From: Candidatus Lustribacter sp.
Lineage (GTDB): Bacteria; Vulcanimicrobiota; Vulcanimicrobiia; Vulcanimicrobiales; Vulcanimicrobiaceae
DNA length: 64,000 bases
Assembly: GCA_965277805.1 (NCBI GenBank)
Contig: OZ255842.1
Location: forward strand, 3,776,001-3,840,000
Direction of reading: 5' to 3'
The notes under the pieces are model-generated. The model was not told the origin of the DNA. It made no database searches and worked only from the letters and a program-made list of their open reading frames with translations. Of the stretch, positions 25,429-35,772 are shown in pieces; within the stretch, counting starts at the first letter, position 1, and every line of letters begins with the position of its first letter. A program made the position numbers and the translations under genes.

Positions 25429-26408
25429 ATCCGATCGCTTACGCTCGCGCCCAAGACGTCTCGGCCGCGATTGCCACAGCCGAGAGCGACTCGCGCGCCT
25501 ATTACCTCGCCGGCGGGACCAACGTCATCGATCTCATGAAAGATGACGTTGAAGCGCCGTCGATGCTGATCGACATCACCCGTTTGCCGATGCACGATAT
25601 CTCGGCGGATGCCGCCTCGGTGCGGCTCGGTGCGCTCTCGACGATGGCCGACGTCGCGGACGCCCCGGCAGTAAAAACGCATTTCCCGGCCGTCTCGCAG
25701 GCGCTGCTCCAGTCGGCGTCGCCACAGCTTCGGAACATGGCGACGATCGGCGGCAACGTCTTGCAGCGGACGCGTTGCGCGTATTTTCGCGACGTCTCGC
25801 AGCCGTGCAACAAGCGCCGCCCGGGATTGGGATGCTCGGCAATTGCGGGCGAAAACCGGTTTCACGCCGTGATCGGAACGAGTCAGAACTGCATCTGCAC
25901 GCACGCATCGGATTTCGCGGTGGCTCTCATGACGACCGACGCCCGCGTGCATACCCGGACGTCGGCCGGCACCCGCGTCATCGCCTTCGAAAATCTTCAC
26001 GTCCTGCCCGGCGACCGTCCCAATATCGAGACGGTGTTGCGTCCGGGTGAACTCATCGAAGCGATCGAGTTGCCGTTGAGCGATCTTGCCCGCAATTCGA
26101 TCTACGTGAAGGTACGCGATCGCGCGTCGTACGAGTTCGCATTGGTGTCGGTCGCCGCGGCGCTCGATATCTCAGGCGGACGGATCCGGGCTGCGCGGAT
26201 CGCCCTCGGCGGCGTCGCGCCGAAGCCGTGGCGGTTGCACGAGGTCGAGGCGGCGCTGACCGGCGCTCCGGCCGGCGCATCGACATATGCGCGCGCCGCC
26301 GAACTCGCTTCTCGCGGCATGCGCGGTTTCGGAAAGAATGATTTCAAGATCCCGTTGGCGCGCAACACCGTCGAATACGCCCTCGGGCAGGTAGGAGGAA
26401 CCGCATGA
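25425..26408 (+). CDS. paoB: Aldehyde oxidoreductase FAD subunit (PaoB/YagS-like)
   Basis: LAGGTNVIDLMK, ASPQLRNMATIGGN, Cys insert CAY..CNKR.PG.GC..C, KVRDRASYEFAL; ATGA overlap. Confidence 0.88.
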   Translation: MNPIAYARAQDVSAAIATAESDSRAYYLAGGTNVIDLMKDDVEAPSMLIDITRLPMHDISADAASVRLGALSTMADVADAPAVKTHFPAVSQALLQSASPQLRNMATIGGNVLQRTRCAYFRDVSQPCNKRRPGLGCSAIAGENRFHAVIGTSQNCICTHASDFAVALMTTDARVHTRTSAGTRVIAFENLHVLPGDRPNIETVLRPGELIEAIELPLSDLARNSIYVKVRDRASYEFALVSVAAALDISGGRIRAARIALGGVAPKPWRLHEVEAALTGAPAGASTYARAAELASRGMRGFGKNDFKIPLARNTVEYALGQVGGTA

Positions 26409-28612
26409 CCGCCGGCTCGTTGCCGCTCGTCGGCCCAGCGCAGAATCGCGTCGATGGCCCGCTGAAGATCACGGGAGCCGCAAAGTACGCCGCGGACTGG
26501 CGTCCCTCAGGTCTCGTCTATGCCTATATGGTGCAAAGCACGATTGCGAGCGGCCGCATCGCTTCGATCGACGCCGCGGCCGCGCGGCAACAGAGCGGCG
26601 TCATCGACGTTCTGACGCACGAGAATGCGCCCCGCGTCAACGCAAAGCCCGCGAACGAAAACGATCGGACGTTGAACCTTCTGCAAAGCGATGCGGTGCT
26701 CTACGACCGGCAGCCGATCGGCCTCGTCATTGCCGATACGTTCGCTCGTGCGAAGCATGCCGCGTCGCTCGTGCGCGTACGCTACGAAACGGCCCATCCG
26801 CGAACCCGTCTCGCGCAGGGTCAGTTCTACGTTCCCAACAAGATCCACGGGGAAGAATCGGAGACGCATCGCGGCGACCCGGTTTCGGCATTACGTGATG
26901 CGGCGGTGAAGGTCGATGCGGTCTACACGACGCCGGTCGAACATCATAATCCGATGGAGCCGCATGCGACGGTCGCGATGTGGAATGGCGATCGCCTCAC
27001 CGTGTACGACGCCACGCAAGGGGTCGTCGCCGCGCGCGCCAGACTTGCGGGTATCTTCAACGTTCCGCTCGAGAACGTCCACGTCATCGATTCGTTTACG
27101 GGCGGCGGTTTTGGCTCCAAGGGATCGACGTGGTCACACTCGGCGCTCGCCGCGCTGGCTGCAAAGGTCGTCGGGCGTCCCGTGCAATTGGCCATGTGGC
27201 GGCCGCAGATGTGGGGGGGCGTCGGCTTTCGGCCGTCGACCCGTCAGCGGGTCGCGCTCGGCGCCGGGCAGGACGGAAAGCTGCTCGTCCAAGTGCATGA
27301 GACGACATCGCAGACGTCGATGTTCGATGAGTTCGTCGAGCCGTCGGGGACGATCACGACGATGCTCTATGAGTCGCCGTCGCTGCGCGTGACGCACGAG
27401 CTATCGCGGCTCAACTACGGTACGCCGACGTACATGCGCGCTCCGGGGGAATCGACCGGCTCGTTTGCGCTCGAGTCCGCGATGGACGAGCTCGCCTACA
27501 AACTCAACATGGACCCCATCGCGGTGCGGCTCGCAAATTATGCCGAGATGGACCCGACCAAGCGTATTCCGTTCTCGAGCAAATCGCTCCGTGAATGCTA
27601 CAAGCGCGGCGCGGATGCGATCGGATGGAGTTCGCGGAGCGCGGCTCCCCGATCGATGCGCGACGGCCGGTATCTGGTCGGCATGGGGATGGCAACTGCG
27701 TCGTATCCCACCAATCGGTCGAAATCGAGCGCCCGCGGCGAAGCGCGGCCGGACGGCAGCGTCGTGTTCCAGGCGATGGGGGTCGACATCGGCACCGGCG
27801 CCTACACCACGTTCACGTTGATCGCCGCGCAGACGCTGGGGCTGCCGGTGGAACGCGTCACCTTTCAGCTCGGGGATTCGACCTATCCCCAAGCGCCGGT
27901 GGCCGGCGGCTCGCAGCTAACGGCCAGCCTCGGATCGGCAACGCGATTGGCGGCGCTCGACCTGCGCTCGCGCTTGATCGCGCTTGCGGTTGCCGACACT
28001 CGCTCTCCGCTTCACGGGGCCGACCCCGCGGCGGTCGATTTCGCCAACGGCCGGCTTTCGCTCAGTTCGGCGCCGGCGCGCGGCGAAACGTTCGAGGCGT
28101 TGCTCGCGAGGAATGGCGGGACGGCCGTGGCCGGTAGTGCCGATGCCGCCCCGGGACCCGAGAAACAGCAGTACTCGATGCACGCCTTCGGCGCGCAGTT
28201 CGCAATGGTTCGCGTCGATCCGGCCCTCGGCACGGTGCGGCTCGTCAAACAAATCGGCGCGTTCGCGTCCGGCCGCATCATCAATGCAAAGACGGCTCGC
28301 AGCCAATATCTTGGCGGAATGGTCTTCGGCGTGGGGATGGCGCTCCTCGAAGAGTCGCGTCCCGACGAACGCACGGGACGCTTCATGAATGCAAACCTCG
28401 GCGAATATCTCGTCCCGGTGCATGCCGACATGGGCCTGATGGATGCCCTGATCGTCGAGGAAGACGATCCGCACGTCAATCCGATCGGTGTGAAGGGCAT
28501 TGGTGAAATCGGCATCGTCGGTGCGGCGGCCGCGATTGCAAATGCGGTGTATCACGCAACCGGGAAACGGGTTCGCGACTTACCGATCACCCCGGATAAG
28601 CTCTTGACGTAA
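26405..28612 (+). CDS. paoC: Xanthine dehydrogenase family molybdopterin subunit (PaoC/YagR-like)
   Basis: RVDGPLKITG, HNPMEPH, GGGFGSK, MRAPGE, AGGSQ, KGIGEIG, RDLPITPDKL. Confidence 0.9.
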   Translation: MTAGSLPLVGPAQNRVDGPLKITGAAKYAADWRPSGLVYAYMVQSTIASGRIASIDAAAARQQSGVIDVLTHENAPRVNAKPANENDRTLNLLQSDAVLYDRQPIGLVIADTFARAKHAASLVRVRYETAHPRTRLAQGQFYVPNKIHGEESETHRGDPVSALRDAAVKVDAVYTTPVEHHNPMEPHATVAMWNGDRLTVYDATQGVVAARARLAGIFNVPLENVHVIDSFTGGGFGSKGSTWSHSALAALAAKVVGRPVQLAMWRPQMWGGVGFRPSTRQRVALGAGQDGKLLVQVHETTSQTSMFDEFVEPSGTITTMLYESPSLRVTHELSRLNYGTPTYMRAPGESTGSFALESAMDELAYKLNMDPIAVRLANYAEMDPTKRIPFSSKSLRECYKRGADAIGWSSRSAAPRSMRDGRYLVGMGMATASYPTNRSKSSARGEARPDGSVVFQAMGVDIGTGAYTTFTLIAAQTLGLPVERVTFQLGDSTYPQAPVAGGSQLTASLGSATRLAALDLRSRLIALAVADTRSPLHGADPAAVDFANGRLSLSSAPARGETFEALLARNGGTAVAGSADAAPGPEKQQYSMHAFGAQFAMVRVDPALGTVRLVKQIGAFASGRIINAKTARSQYLGGMVFGVGMALLEESRPDERTGRFMNANLGEYLVPVHADMGLMDALIVEEDDPHVNPIGVKGIGEIGIVGAAAAIANAVYHATGKRVRDLPITPDKLLT

Positions 28613-28684
28613 TGAGAATCCGGCGGCGCGCGCGTACCGCAAATTAGAGGAGCCGCGCTCGATTGCGCCGCATGTATCCTCTTA

Positions 28685-29035
28685 ATGTCGCGGAAAACCG
28701 CGCTGCGTGTCGATACCGACACTCTCGAACGCCCAGCGCGCGTCCCATCTAAATCTCGCGGTCGCCGGAATTCAGCCGATGGACAACTCGTCGGCGAGGT
28801 GATCGCTATCGCATTCGACCGTTGCGAAGCGGCCGCTGCCGATGCGTCGTGCGGCGCGCGTCCGGATGCGCTGTGCACCGGGTGCGGAACGGCGCGCTGC
28901 CCGGATCACGCGTCCGGCGCTGAGGACGATCGGATCTGTTCGAGTTGCGCTGCGACGCTGCTGATGCTGGCTGACGCGCCGTTCGACGCGGTGCTCGATA
29001 CGCGGATGCGGCTAGTTAAGGTCCCGCGCTTCTAA
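28685..29035 (+). CDS. Small Cys/His-rich putative zinc-finger protein
   Basis: C-x8-C-x7-CTGC-x4-CPDH-x9-CSSC pattern; start is uncertain. Confidence 0.5.
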   Translation: MSRKTALRVDTDTLERPARVPSKSRGRRNSADGQLVGEVIAIAFDRCEAAAADASCGARPDALCTGCGTARCPDHASGAEDDRICSSCAATLLMLADAPFDAVLDTRMRLVKVPRF

Positions 29036-29048
29036 CATAGGGCCGCGC

Positions 29049-29086
29049 GATGTGGCTCGCTTGCGGTACGGGCCACATCACTTCTT
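29049..29086 (+). terminator. Probable terminator hairpin at the core/island boundary
   Basis: GATGTGGCTCG...CGGGCCACATC 11-bp stem followed by ACTTCTT (weak U tract). Confidence 0.45.
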
Positions 29087-29131
29087 AGCCCGCGGGTGTG
29101 AATTGCCCACTGCAGTGACGACATCGTACAG

Positions 29132-30719
29132 ATGCCGCTTTACAGATTCTTGGCATTCCTGTGCGCCCCCATTGTTGCCTCCATCGCAGCGTGCGGGGGC
29201 AGGTCGTCCGAGTTGCCGTCCAACGGGGCGGCAATTACTTCACGCACATTGCTGCCGTCGAACGTAAGCTCGAGTACGAAATGTTTTGGCAGTGAGAATT
29301 ACCAGTTGACATACGAGATGAGTTCACGAATCTCGTCGCCGGCAACTACCAGTTCGCCTACCCCTGGGTCCTTACAACCTTTCCGGTGGGGGTGACGACT
29401 ATTATCAAGCTTCCCGAGTTTCCATCACGCATTGGGCCTTTCGCTCGCGGCGGTACCGGCACCCCGCCCTTATCCGACCGACGGCAACGGCCACACGTTC
29501 GATTATCTAAGCGGGATGATATCGACATATCCCCACGAGATTCCGCAGTATGGTTACGTAGAAGCATCTATCGCAATGCCCACCGGCCAAGGTACCTGGC
29601 CTGCGTTCTGGATGCTCGATTCGTACGGAAGCGGCGCTGAAACCGACATCGTGGAACATCTCGACGCTGATGCTTGGATTCAGCAGACGCTGCACTATGT
29701 CGGAGGCGCGACCACCACCACGCAAATATCGCCAGCCGGGTCGATGACGGCAATATCATAGCTACGGCGTGCTTTGGACGCCTCTTACCCACACTTTTTA
29801 CACGGATGGCGTGCCCGAAACAACGTATCCCTCAGTTGACGCCGTTCATGGTAACTACATGATGCTCTCTATGCAAATCGGCACCGCGATATCGTGGCCG
29901 GCGCACCCCAATGCATCGAGTACATGGCCCCAGACCATGAGCGTGCGTTACCTGCGCGTCTATCAATCCAACTCAACGCCGTGCTCAACAAGCTTAGGGC
30001 GCAGATTTGAATGGCTTAGCCTTCTGGCTAGACGCCTCCGATCGGTCGGTGATTACCACATCGAGTAGCGGGAACGTAACGCAGGTCCTCGATAAGAGCA
30101 GCAATGGCATCGCTCCAAAGCGGACCGAATTTCCAACCAAAAGCAATGGCCGGTCCGACTGTTTCGAGCGGCGCGTTGAATGGCCTCAACAAACGCTGCG
30201 CTTCGGCGGTGGCACCGAAGCCTTAGTCAGCCAGCCGAGAACCGGCAGCGCGCTGACGGCTGCGACCATATTACTCGTATTTTCCCAAGACGCTTCGGCG
30301 AACAAAGGCAACATCTTCACTCTAGCCAAGGACGCGTTCGGGGGAAACGGAATAAATGGCCTTAATACGACGCGTCCTACGGTTCTCAAAGCGCGCTTAC
30401 GGGCATTTGGCTGTTGGGCGCGACGGTCCCACTGGCCCCGGCGTATACAGATTGGATGTACGGGCTTAGCGTACCGTTCGGTACGTACAGCCTTCAAAGC
30501 TACGTCATCCCGACAACGGGCGCCGCAGAGTCATACGTAAATGGGCTCCTCGCAGGGTCGCAGATGGTCGTCCCAGGGACAATGAGCAATGAACGCTATA
30601 CCGTTGCGACGGACTGGAACAGCTTGGATTACGAACATAAGCGACAAGAGCGGCGTCAACTCGCTGTGCGATTCGGTAGAGCTCAAGCCCGCGTACATCG
30701 ATGGAACCCACGAGGGTGT
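29132..30719 (+). pseudogene. Frameshifted lipoprotein GH16 glycoside hydrolase with LamG-like C-terminal domain
   Basis: Consecutive fragments in different frames: lipobox IAAC; YLSGMI..YGYVEA..WPAFWML..ETDIVE (ExDxxE); WTP..FYTDG..YLRVYQ; LAFWLDASD..V..DKSSNG. Confidence 0.8.
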
Positions 30720-30901
30720 AGCGATAAGGCTTCCGACGCCTCGACCGTGAACTTGCCCGAAAGCTCGGGATGGTTGTAAACAATTACGTCTAGATCGTCA
30801 CCAGCATGAACCGCTGCTAATGCAGACGTGCACAGCATCAGCGTGAGACTAACTGCGAAAAACGCGCGAACCAGAATTTGCGAGAAGTTCGGTGCTTGCA
30901 T
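30683..30901 (-). pseudogene. Truncated polysaccharide export (Wza/SLBB) gene fragment
   Basis: Signal peptide plus VHAGDDLDVIVYNHPELSGKFTV, similar to LRIGDQVTVHVFNYPELSADYTV in 53154..54296; similarity stops at about 30720. Confidence 0.7.
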
Positions 30902-31849
30902 CAGGTTGTTGCCAATCTTCTGGACTCAGAAAGAAAGTTTCTGTGCGCCCTAACGACGTCGGGCACTTGCAACAATAGTGCGCAGCTTACGAAAAGCACA
31001 ATAGCCCAAATGGGTGGTGCTACCGTAGACGCAAAGAAAATCACGCAATTGTGGATGAACACTTCCACCCTCCAACGCGACGCCACAAGAATTATTAGCA
31101 CGAACTTATTCGCTGAACGAGTGGGCCTGCTTGAGCGCGTGTTTAAACAAGATGCCGATGAGCGCTGTTCCTAACGCGTCGCCGGCTGAAACCGCGATGA
31201 ACCCGCGCGTTGCCCACTACGAACGTCGTCGTGCAACGGATACCACTTCAGTGCGGGTACGCGAAGCACAATACTCGGCGCTTACAAGCATTAACGCGTC
31301 GTGCGAGGTGAAGACATCATTTATGGAAGTGCAGCGGACGCACGAAGCAACGCATTTTCTCAATGACGAGGGTACCCGCTTACTGCCGGAAATCGAGCTT
31401 CTAGTGCGCCCATGATCGATGACATGGAACGCGCACTGGTTTCCACCGCTCCTGTTGCTCGCCGGCGGTGGCGCGATGCGTCTTCTCCATTAGTGAGCGC
31501 GCGCGAGAGTCTGTTCGCGCTCGTCGTCGAGGCCGATCGCAACGAACATTGCAAAGCGCTAAAGGCCTCACTTCTTTGCTATGTTCGGTGATCTCTCGTT
31601 ACAAAATTTCCCGTGTGTACCATGGGTAAGCGCTTCTTGAGCAAGCACGGGCCCTCGGCATCAGACTTCAGGGCGGAAATGGGATTTGCCGCGCAAGCAG
31701 CGAGCGTTCGGATCTCAGGAGCGCGAAAAAGGCGTCCCACCGCGAGAGCGTTGACAGAAGGCTAGCCTGCCCGGAAGGTGCCCCGCGGAACACAGCGGCC
31801 GACGCTCTCAAATGAGCTTATGCGATCGGCGTTGCACTCCCGCCGAACG

Positions 31850-32181
31850 ATACGTTTTCTGGCTCCGCCTTCGCGGGTCGCATTGCGGACCAATCGAGGA
31901 TCTTTGCGATCATTGTAGCGCGATTGTGCGATGCTGCTTTTTGCAAGCAGTGCCTTGATGTGACCTTGAGCGGTGCATTCGGCGATGCTCAAGGCGCGCG
32001 CAACGTTGCCGGCATTCGCGCTCTCGAGAACGAGGAAAAGCACTTCGGTCTGTCGCTTCGTCAGCTCATAGCGACTCGCAGCGCGCGCAATGTGCACGCA
32101 TCGTTTCAATGCGCTTCTGCAGCGGGTGGCGAACGACGCGTTGCCCCAGAGCATACGTTGGGCCGCTGACGAGGACCGCAT
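31850..32181 (-). pseudogene. LuxR-type HTH regulator remnant
   Basis: YELTKRQTEVLFLV..VARALSIAECTAQGHIKALLAK, continuing in another frame as SHNRATMIAKILDW after an A5 run; no intact N-terminus. Confidence 0.7.
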
Positions 32182-32315
32182 TTGCCCGAGCTGCCGGGCG
32201 TCTCTACTGCCTCAGGCGAGGCCTCGTCTGAAGCGTGCTCGTTTTGCGGCTACGGCGGTACAGTTCGCTCTTTATAGTCGGACCGGCAGACTCGACCGCG
32301 ACAGTCGCATTGCGA

Positions 32316-33092
32316 TTACGCGGCGGGGCGCAATCGCTTAACCTTCTTAAACCAATCCTTGGCTATCTTTTTGCCGTAACGGACAAAGCACGCCAAACAA
32401 AAACGCAGCGTTGGCTCCATGTATTGACGGATCTTACCAGCATACTGTTCCGGATGCACCATATCGATAATGGGCGGCTTCCCTGCCAGATATCGAAAAG
32501 GAACGCTTTCTGCGGATCGATTAACGAAAATGAAAGCGTTTTGTCTATACCACACTTCGACAGCTGTATTTTCCCAAAACTGGCTGCGCAGAACATCCAA
32601 GCACTCGTAGCCATAACTCTCAAAAAGGGCGATCCAGTAGGACTGCCACCGTTCATTCAAATGATTGGTGCCGCCTTGCTGTTCAATCGCGGCGCTGAAA
32701 AGCACGATATCCGACGCTGCGCATAGAGTCCCCACGAATTCCCTCGCACGAGATTCGGTGAGATGCTCGGCAACTTCCAACGAGATGCATAAGTCGTATC
32801 TGTCCAGGATGTTCAGTTTCTGTTCGAAGTTCACCGGCGTAAATTTGATGTTCGAACTAACTAACTCTCCTCTCTGAACCCAACTACCGTCCAAACCCTC
32901 AAGAAGGGTGCTACCGAGCTCCTCAGCAGCCAAGAGCCAACAACCCCGACCGCACCCGACGTCGAGCACGGATCGTGGCTGATAAAGTTGAAACACTCTT
33001 TCTAGCACTATGCGCGCCGAACGTAAAGAACCGTCTACTTGTTCCCTATAGAACGACCGATCATACGGTGTACGGATCTCCGCGTTTGTCAC
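32316..33092 (-). CDS. Class I SAM-dependent methyltransferase
   Basis: SVLDVGCGRG, YDLCISLEVAEHL, FSAAIEQQGGTNHLNE; probable GTG start at 33092. Confidence 0.88.
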   Translation of the reverse strand: MTNAEIRTPYDRSFYREQVDGSLRSARIVLERVFQLYQPRSVLDVGCGRGCWLLAAEELGSTLLEGLDGSWVQRGELVSSNIKFTPVNFEQKLNILDRYDLCISLEVAEHLTESRAREFVGTLCAASDIVLFSAAIEQQGGTNHLNERWQSYWIALFESYGYECLDVLRSQFWENTAVEVWYRQNAFIFVNRSAESVPFRYLAGKPPIIDMVHPEQYAGKIRQYMEPTLRFCLACFVRYGKKIAKDWFKKVKRLRPAA

Positions 33093-33405
33093 CTCTAATA
33101 CCAAACTCCCGTTAAACTCAGACTGCGAGAATGTCCATTGTTTCGCCACTTCGTCGTTTCGGCACTTCGTCGGCGAACATGCCGACCTTGGAACCACAAG
33201 CCTGATAGCAAACCATTAAATTAGGCTGTTACTTGCTTGATTCGACGCCGTTTCTTTTAGTTGCGCGCCGCGGGAGTTAGAATGGTAGATTTTATCCGAT
33301 TATCGGACGGCTCTGCGAGCAAGCGCCTTGTCGAGTTCGGCGGAATCGTTACTATGCGGCAGCAATACTTGTGCCCTGCCCGCTTACTACCGGCCAAAGA
33401 GGGTC

Positions 33406-34023
33406 ATGGAAGTTATGCCTCCTGAGCGCTTCACGTTCAGCGATAAGCCAGCGCGACGAAGCACTCGTCGTCTATTCGATATAATAGTCGCGTTAATGTT
33501 GACGCTTCCGACAGCAATCGTACTCGTGGCAGCGTCCATCGCCATCAAACTAGAGGATGGCGGCCCGGTATTATTTACTCAACGACGGGTCGGTCGCTTT
33601 GAGCGCCTTTTTACTATTTATAAGCTGAGAACAATGAAACTCGGTCGAAACGCTGACGCGGTTTCACCCAGCTCTGGCAACGACGCGCGAATTACTCGTG
33701 TCGGATTTTGGTTGCGCAAGCTATCGATCGACGAATTGCCCCAGCTCATTAATGTTTTAAAGGGCGATATGACGCTTATCGGTCCACGCCCTGAGATGCC
33801 ATTCCTCGTGCGCCGATATGAGCCATGGCAACACCTGCGTCATCTTGCAACTCCCGGCATCACAGGCTTGTGGCAGGTCCGCGCGCGGTCCAAAATTCCC
33901 CTGCACCATCCTGAAGCAACGGCGTACGACATTGCCTACATTGCGACGGCATCTCCGGCAACCGATTCTGCCATCCTGATTGCCACCATTCGTGGAATTT
34001 TTTCGACGCAGGGGGCGTATTAG
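33406..34023 (+). CDS. Priming phosphoglycosyl transferase (bacterial sugar transferase domain only)
   Basis: RLFDI, GPVLFTQRRVG, YKLRTM, LRKLSIDELPQLINVLKGDMTLIGPRPE, PGITGLWQV. Confidence 0.93.
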   Translation: MEVMPPERFTFSDKPARRSTRRLFDIIVALMLTLPTAIVLVAASIAIKLEDGGPVLFTQRRVGRFERLFTIYKLRTMKLGRNADAVSPSSGNDARITRVGFWLRKLSIDELPQLINVLKGDMTLIGPRPEMPFLVRRYEPWQHLRHLATPGITGLWQVRARSKIPLHHPEATAYDIAYIATASPATDSAILIATIRGIFSTQGAY

Positions 34024-34505
34024 TCGCAACGTAGCCGGCAGATCAACAAACCATTGCGCACGCGCAGCTACTAATCGGTTTGTGCGTGAACGTTCGGGAT
34101 GAGTTCTGCGAACAATCACATCTAACAGGATCCAAGTAACAGGATCTAAGCCGCTACCGAAAGCTAAGCCCACGGCCTCCGTTCGGCGTTCGTCGGCGCC
34201 TCGATAGTCTTGAACTAACTAGTCCCAATTATCTACGCTCCAGCGATTGTCGTGATCAAATCCGCTTCAAACGAAGCCTAGGGCGGGAAATACTGCGCAA
34301 GGCGTCCGATACCCTGAAACGAAGCGTAAACGCGTAACCTCCATCTTGTTCAAGTTCTCCGGAAAACGCGAAACTGGTCCTCCGCATCGACCGCCGGTGT
34401 CAGGTCAACGCGTCACATGCCCCAGGGCTGTGTCGCAAACACGACACCCGCAAGCGGTAAAGGCTCCCTCTATGACATGCATCTGCTGAACAACGAAGTA
34501 CCAGT

Positions 34506-35639
34506 TTGATAAAAGTCGCATTCGCAAATCGATCTGGCGGCGAAACAGGCGGCGCGGAGGAGAGCCTGGCGCTTTTGATTTCCCACATGCCACAAGATTT
34601 TGAACTTCATTCTATACTCTTTGGAGACGGAGACTATGCTCAACGCCTCCGAGACATGGGAGTGATTGTGCACGTGCTAACTATGCCTGATGCTCTGCTC
34701 GAAAGCGTGCGCGAGCGGCCTAGTATTCGCGGCATGTTCGAGACACCAGCCGCCGTCGTCCGTGTTGCGAATCTTTTGAGAAGAGAACAAATCGACGTCG
34801 TTCATACGAACACCGTTAAATCGCATCTTATTGTTGCGCCTGCGGCTCGTCTCTCCGGAGTGGGAAGCGTGATCCATCTCCGCGACATGGTAGCAGGACC
34901 GGGCAAGGCTCTTCTTCAGGGAGTTGGAAGCCTCGCCTGCGACGCGCGCATTGCGATTTCAACTGCGGTGGCGCGATGGTACGATATTCCGAAAACCACA
35001 GTGATTCCAAATCCTGTTAACCTTGAAGCATACGCGGCGTTGCCATCACGCATGGTGGCCCGTGCTCAACTCGATATTCCCAATGACGGACTGCCCCTTG
35101 TATCCATCGTGGGTCGGATCAACCGCTGGAAACAACACGATGTCTTCTTACGTATAATAAAAACCGTCGCCGAAACAAAACCGGTCCGATGCGCTATCGT
35201 TGGCGAGGCGCGGTTTCGAGATGCTGATTTCATTCCTGAGCTGCGTGAACTTGCCAAACATCTGCGGATCGAGCATCTCGTTCACTTCGTGCCGTGGCAG
35301 CAAGATCTCACTACGACCTATGCCGCGACCGATATCCTTTGTAACTGCTCGATACGCGAGCCCTTTGGCAGAACGATGATTGAAGCCGCTGCAGCCGGGG
35401 TGCCATGCATAGCCTTCGACGACGGCGGTGCAACAGATATTATCGAAAGCGGAAAAAACGGATACATTGTGACAGCAGGGGATGAAGCCGCCTTCGCCGA
35501 TGCGCTTTCTCTTCTCCTAATCGACGAGCGTCGTCAGGTTTTTGGATTAGCTGCCAAAGAAGCCTCAATTCGCTTTGCCGCTCCGGCACATGGAGATGCA
35601 GTCGCAAGCATATTGCGGAAACACGTACGCATTAGATGA
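34506..35639 (+). CDS. Glycosyltransferase family 4
   Basis: GGAEES, VGRINRWK, EPFGRTMIEAAAAG. Confidence 0.92.
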   Translation: MIKVAFANRSGGETGGAEESLALLISHMPQDFELHSILFGDGDYAQRLRDMGVIVHVLTMPDALLESVRERPSIRGMFETPAAVVRVANLLRREQIDVVHTNTVKSHLIVAPAARLSGVGSVIHLRDMVAGPGKALLQGVGSLACDARIAISTAVARWYDIPKTTVIPNPVNLEAYAALPSRMVARAQLDIPNDGLPLVSIVGRINRWKQHDVFLRIIKTVAETKPVRCAIVGEARFRDADFIPELRELAKHLRIEHLVHFVPWQQDLTTTYAATDILCNCSIREPFGRTMIEAAAAGVPCIAFDDGGATDIIESGKNGYIVTAGDEAAFADALSLLLIDERRQVFGLAAKEASIRFAAPAHGDAVASILRKHVRIR

Positions 35640-35772
35640 CGTTGTCCCTTCTGCAGGCAGCCACAGTCGAATCCGGCGATCGTCGCCAGTTTACCACTTG
35701 TTTTTCACGAGGTTATCTCATTGTGACCGAGGTGAGATACCTCGACATCGGCCGTCCCCAAGTCGAAGACTT

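Noticed and set aside
34085-34165. Fifth repeat copy (TTCGGGATGA) and ops-like CGGTAGCG on the minus strand
   Set aside because: Only a short partial match to the repeat; the ops-like word is imperfect and on the wrong strand for the flanking plus-strand EPS genes.
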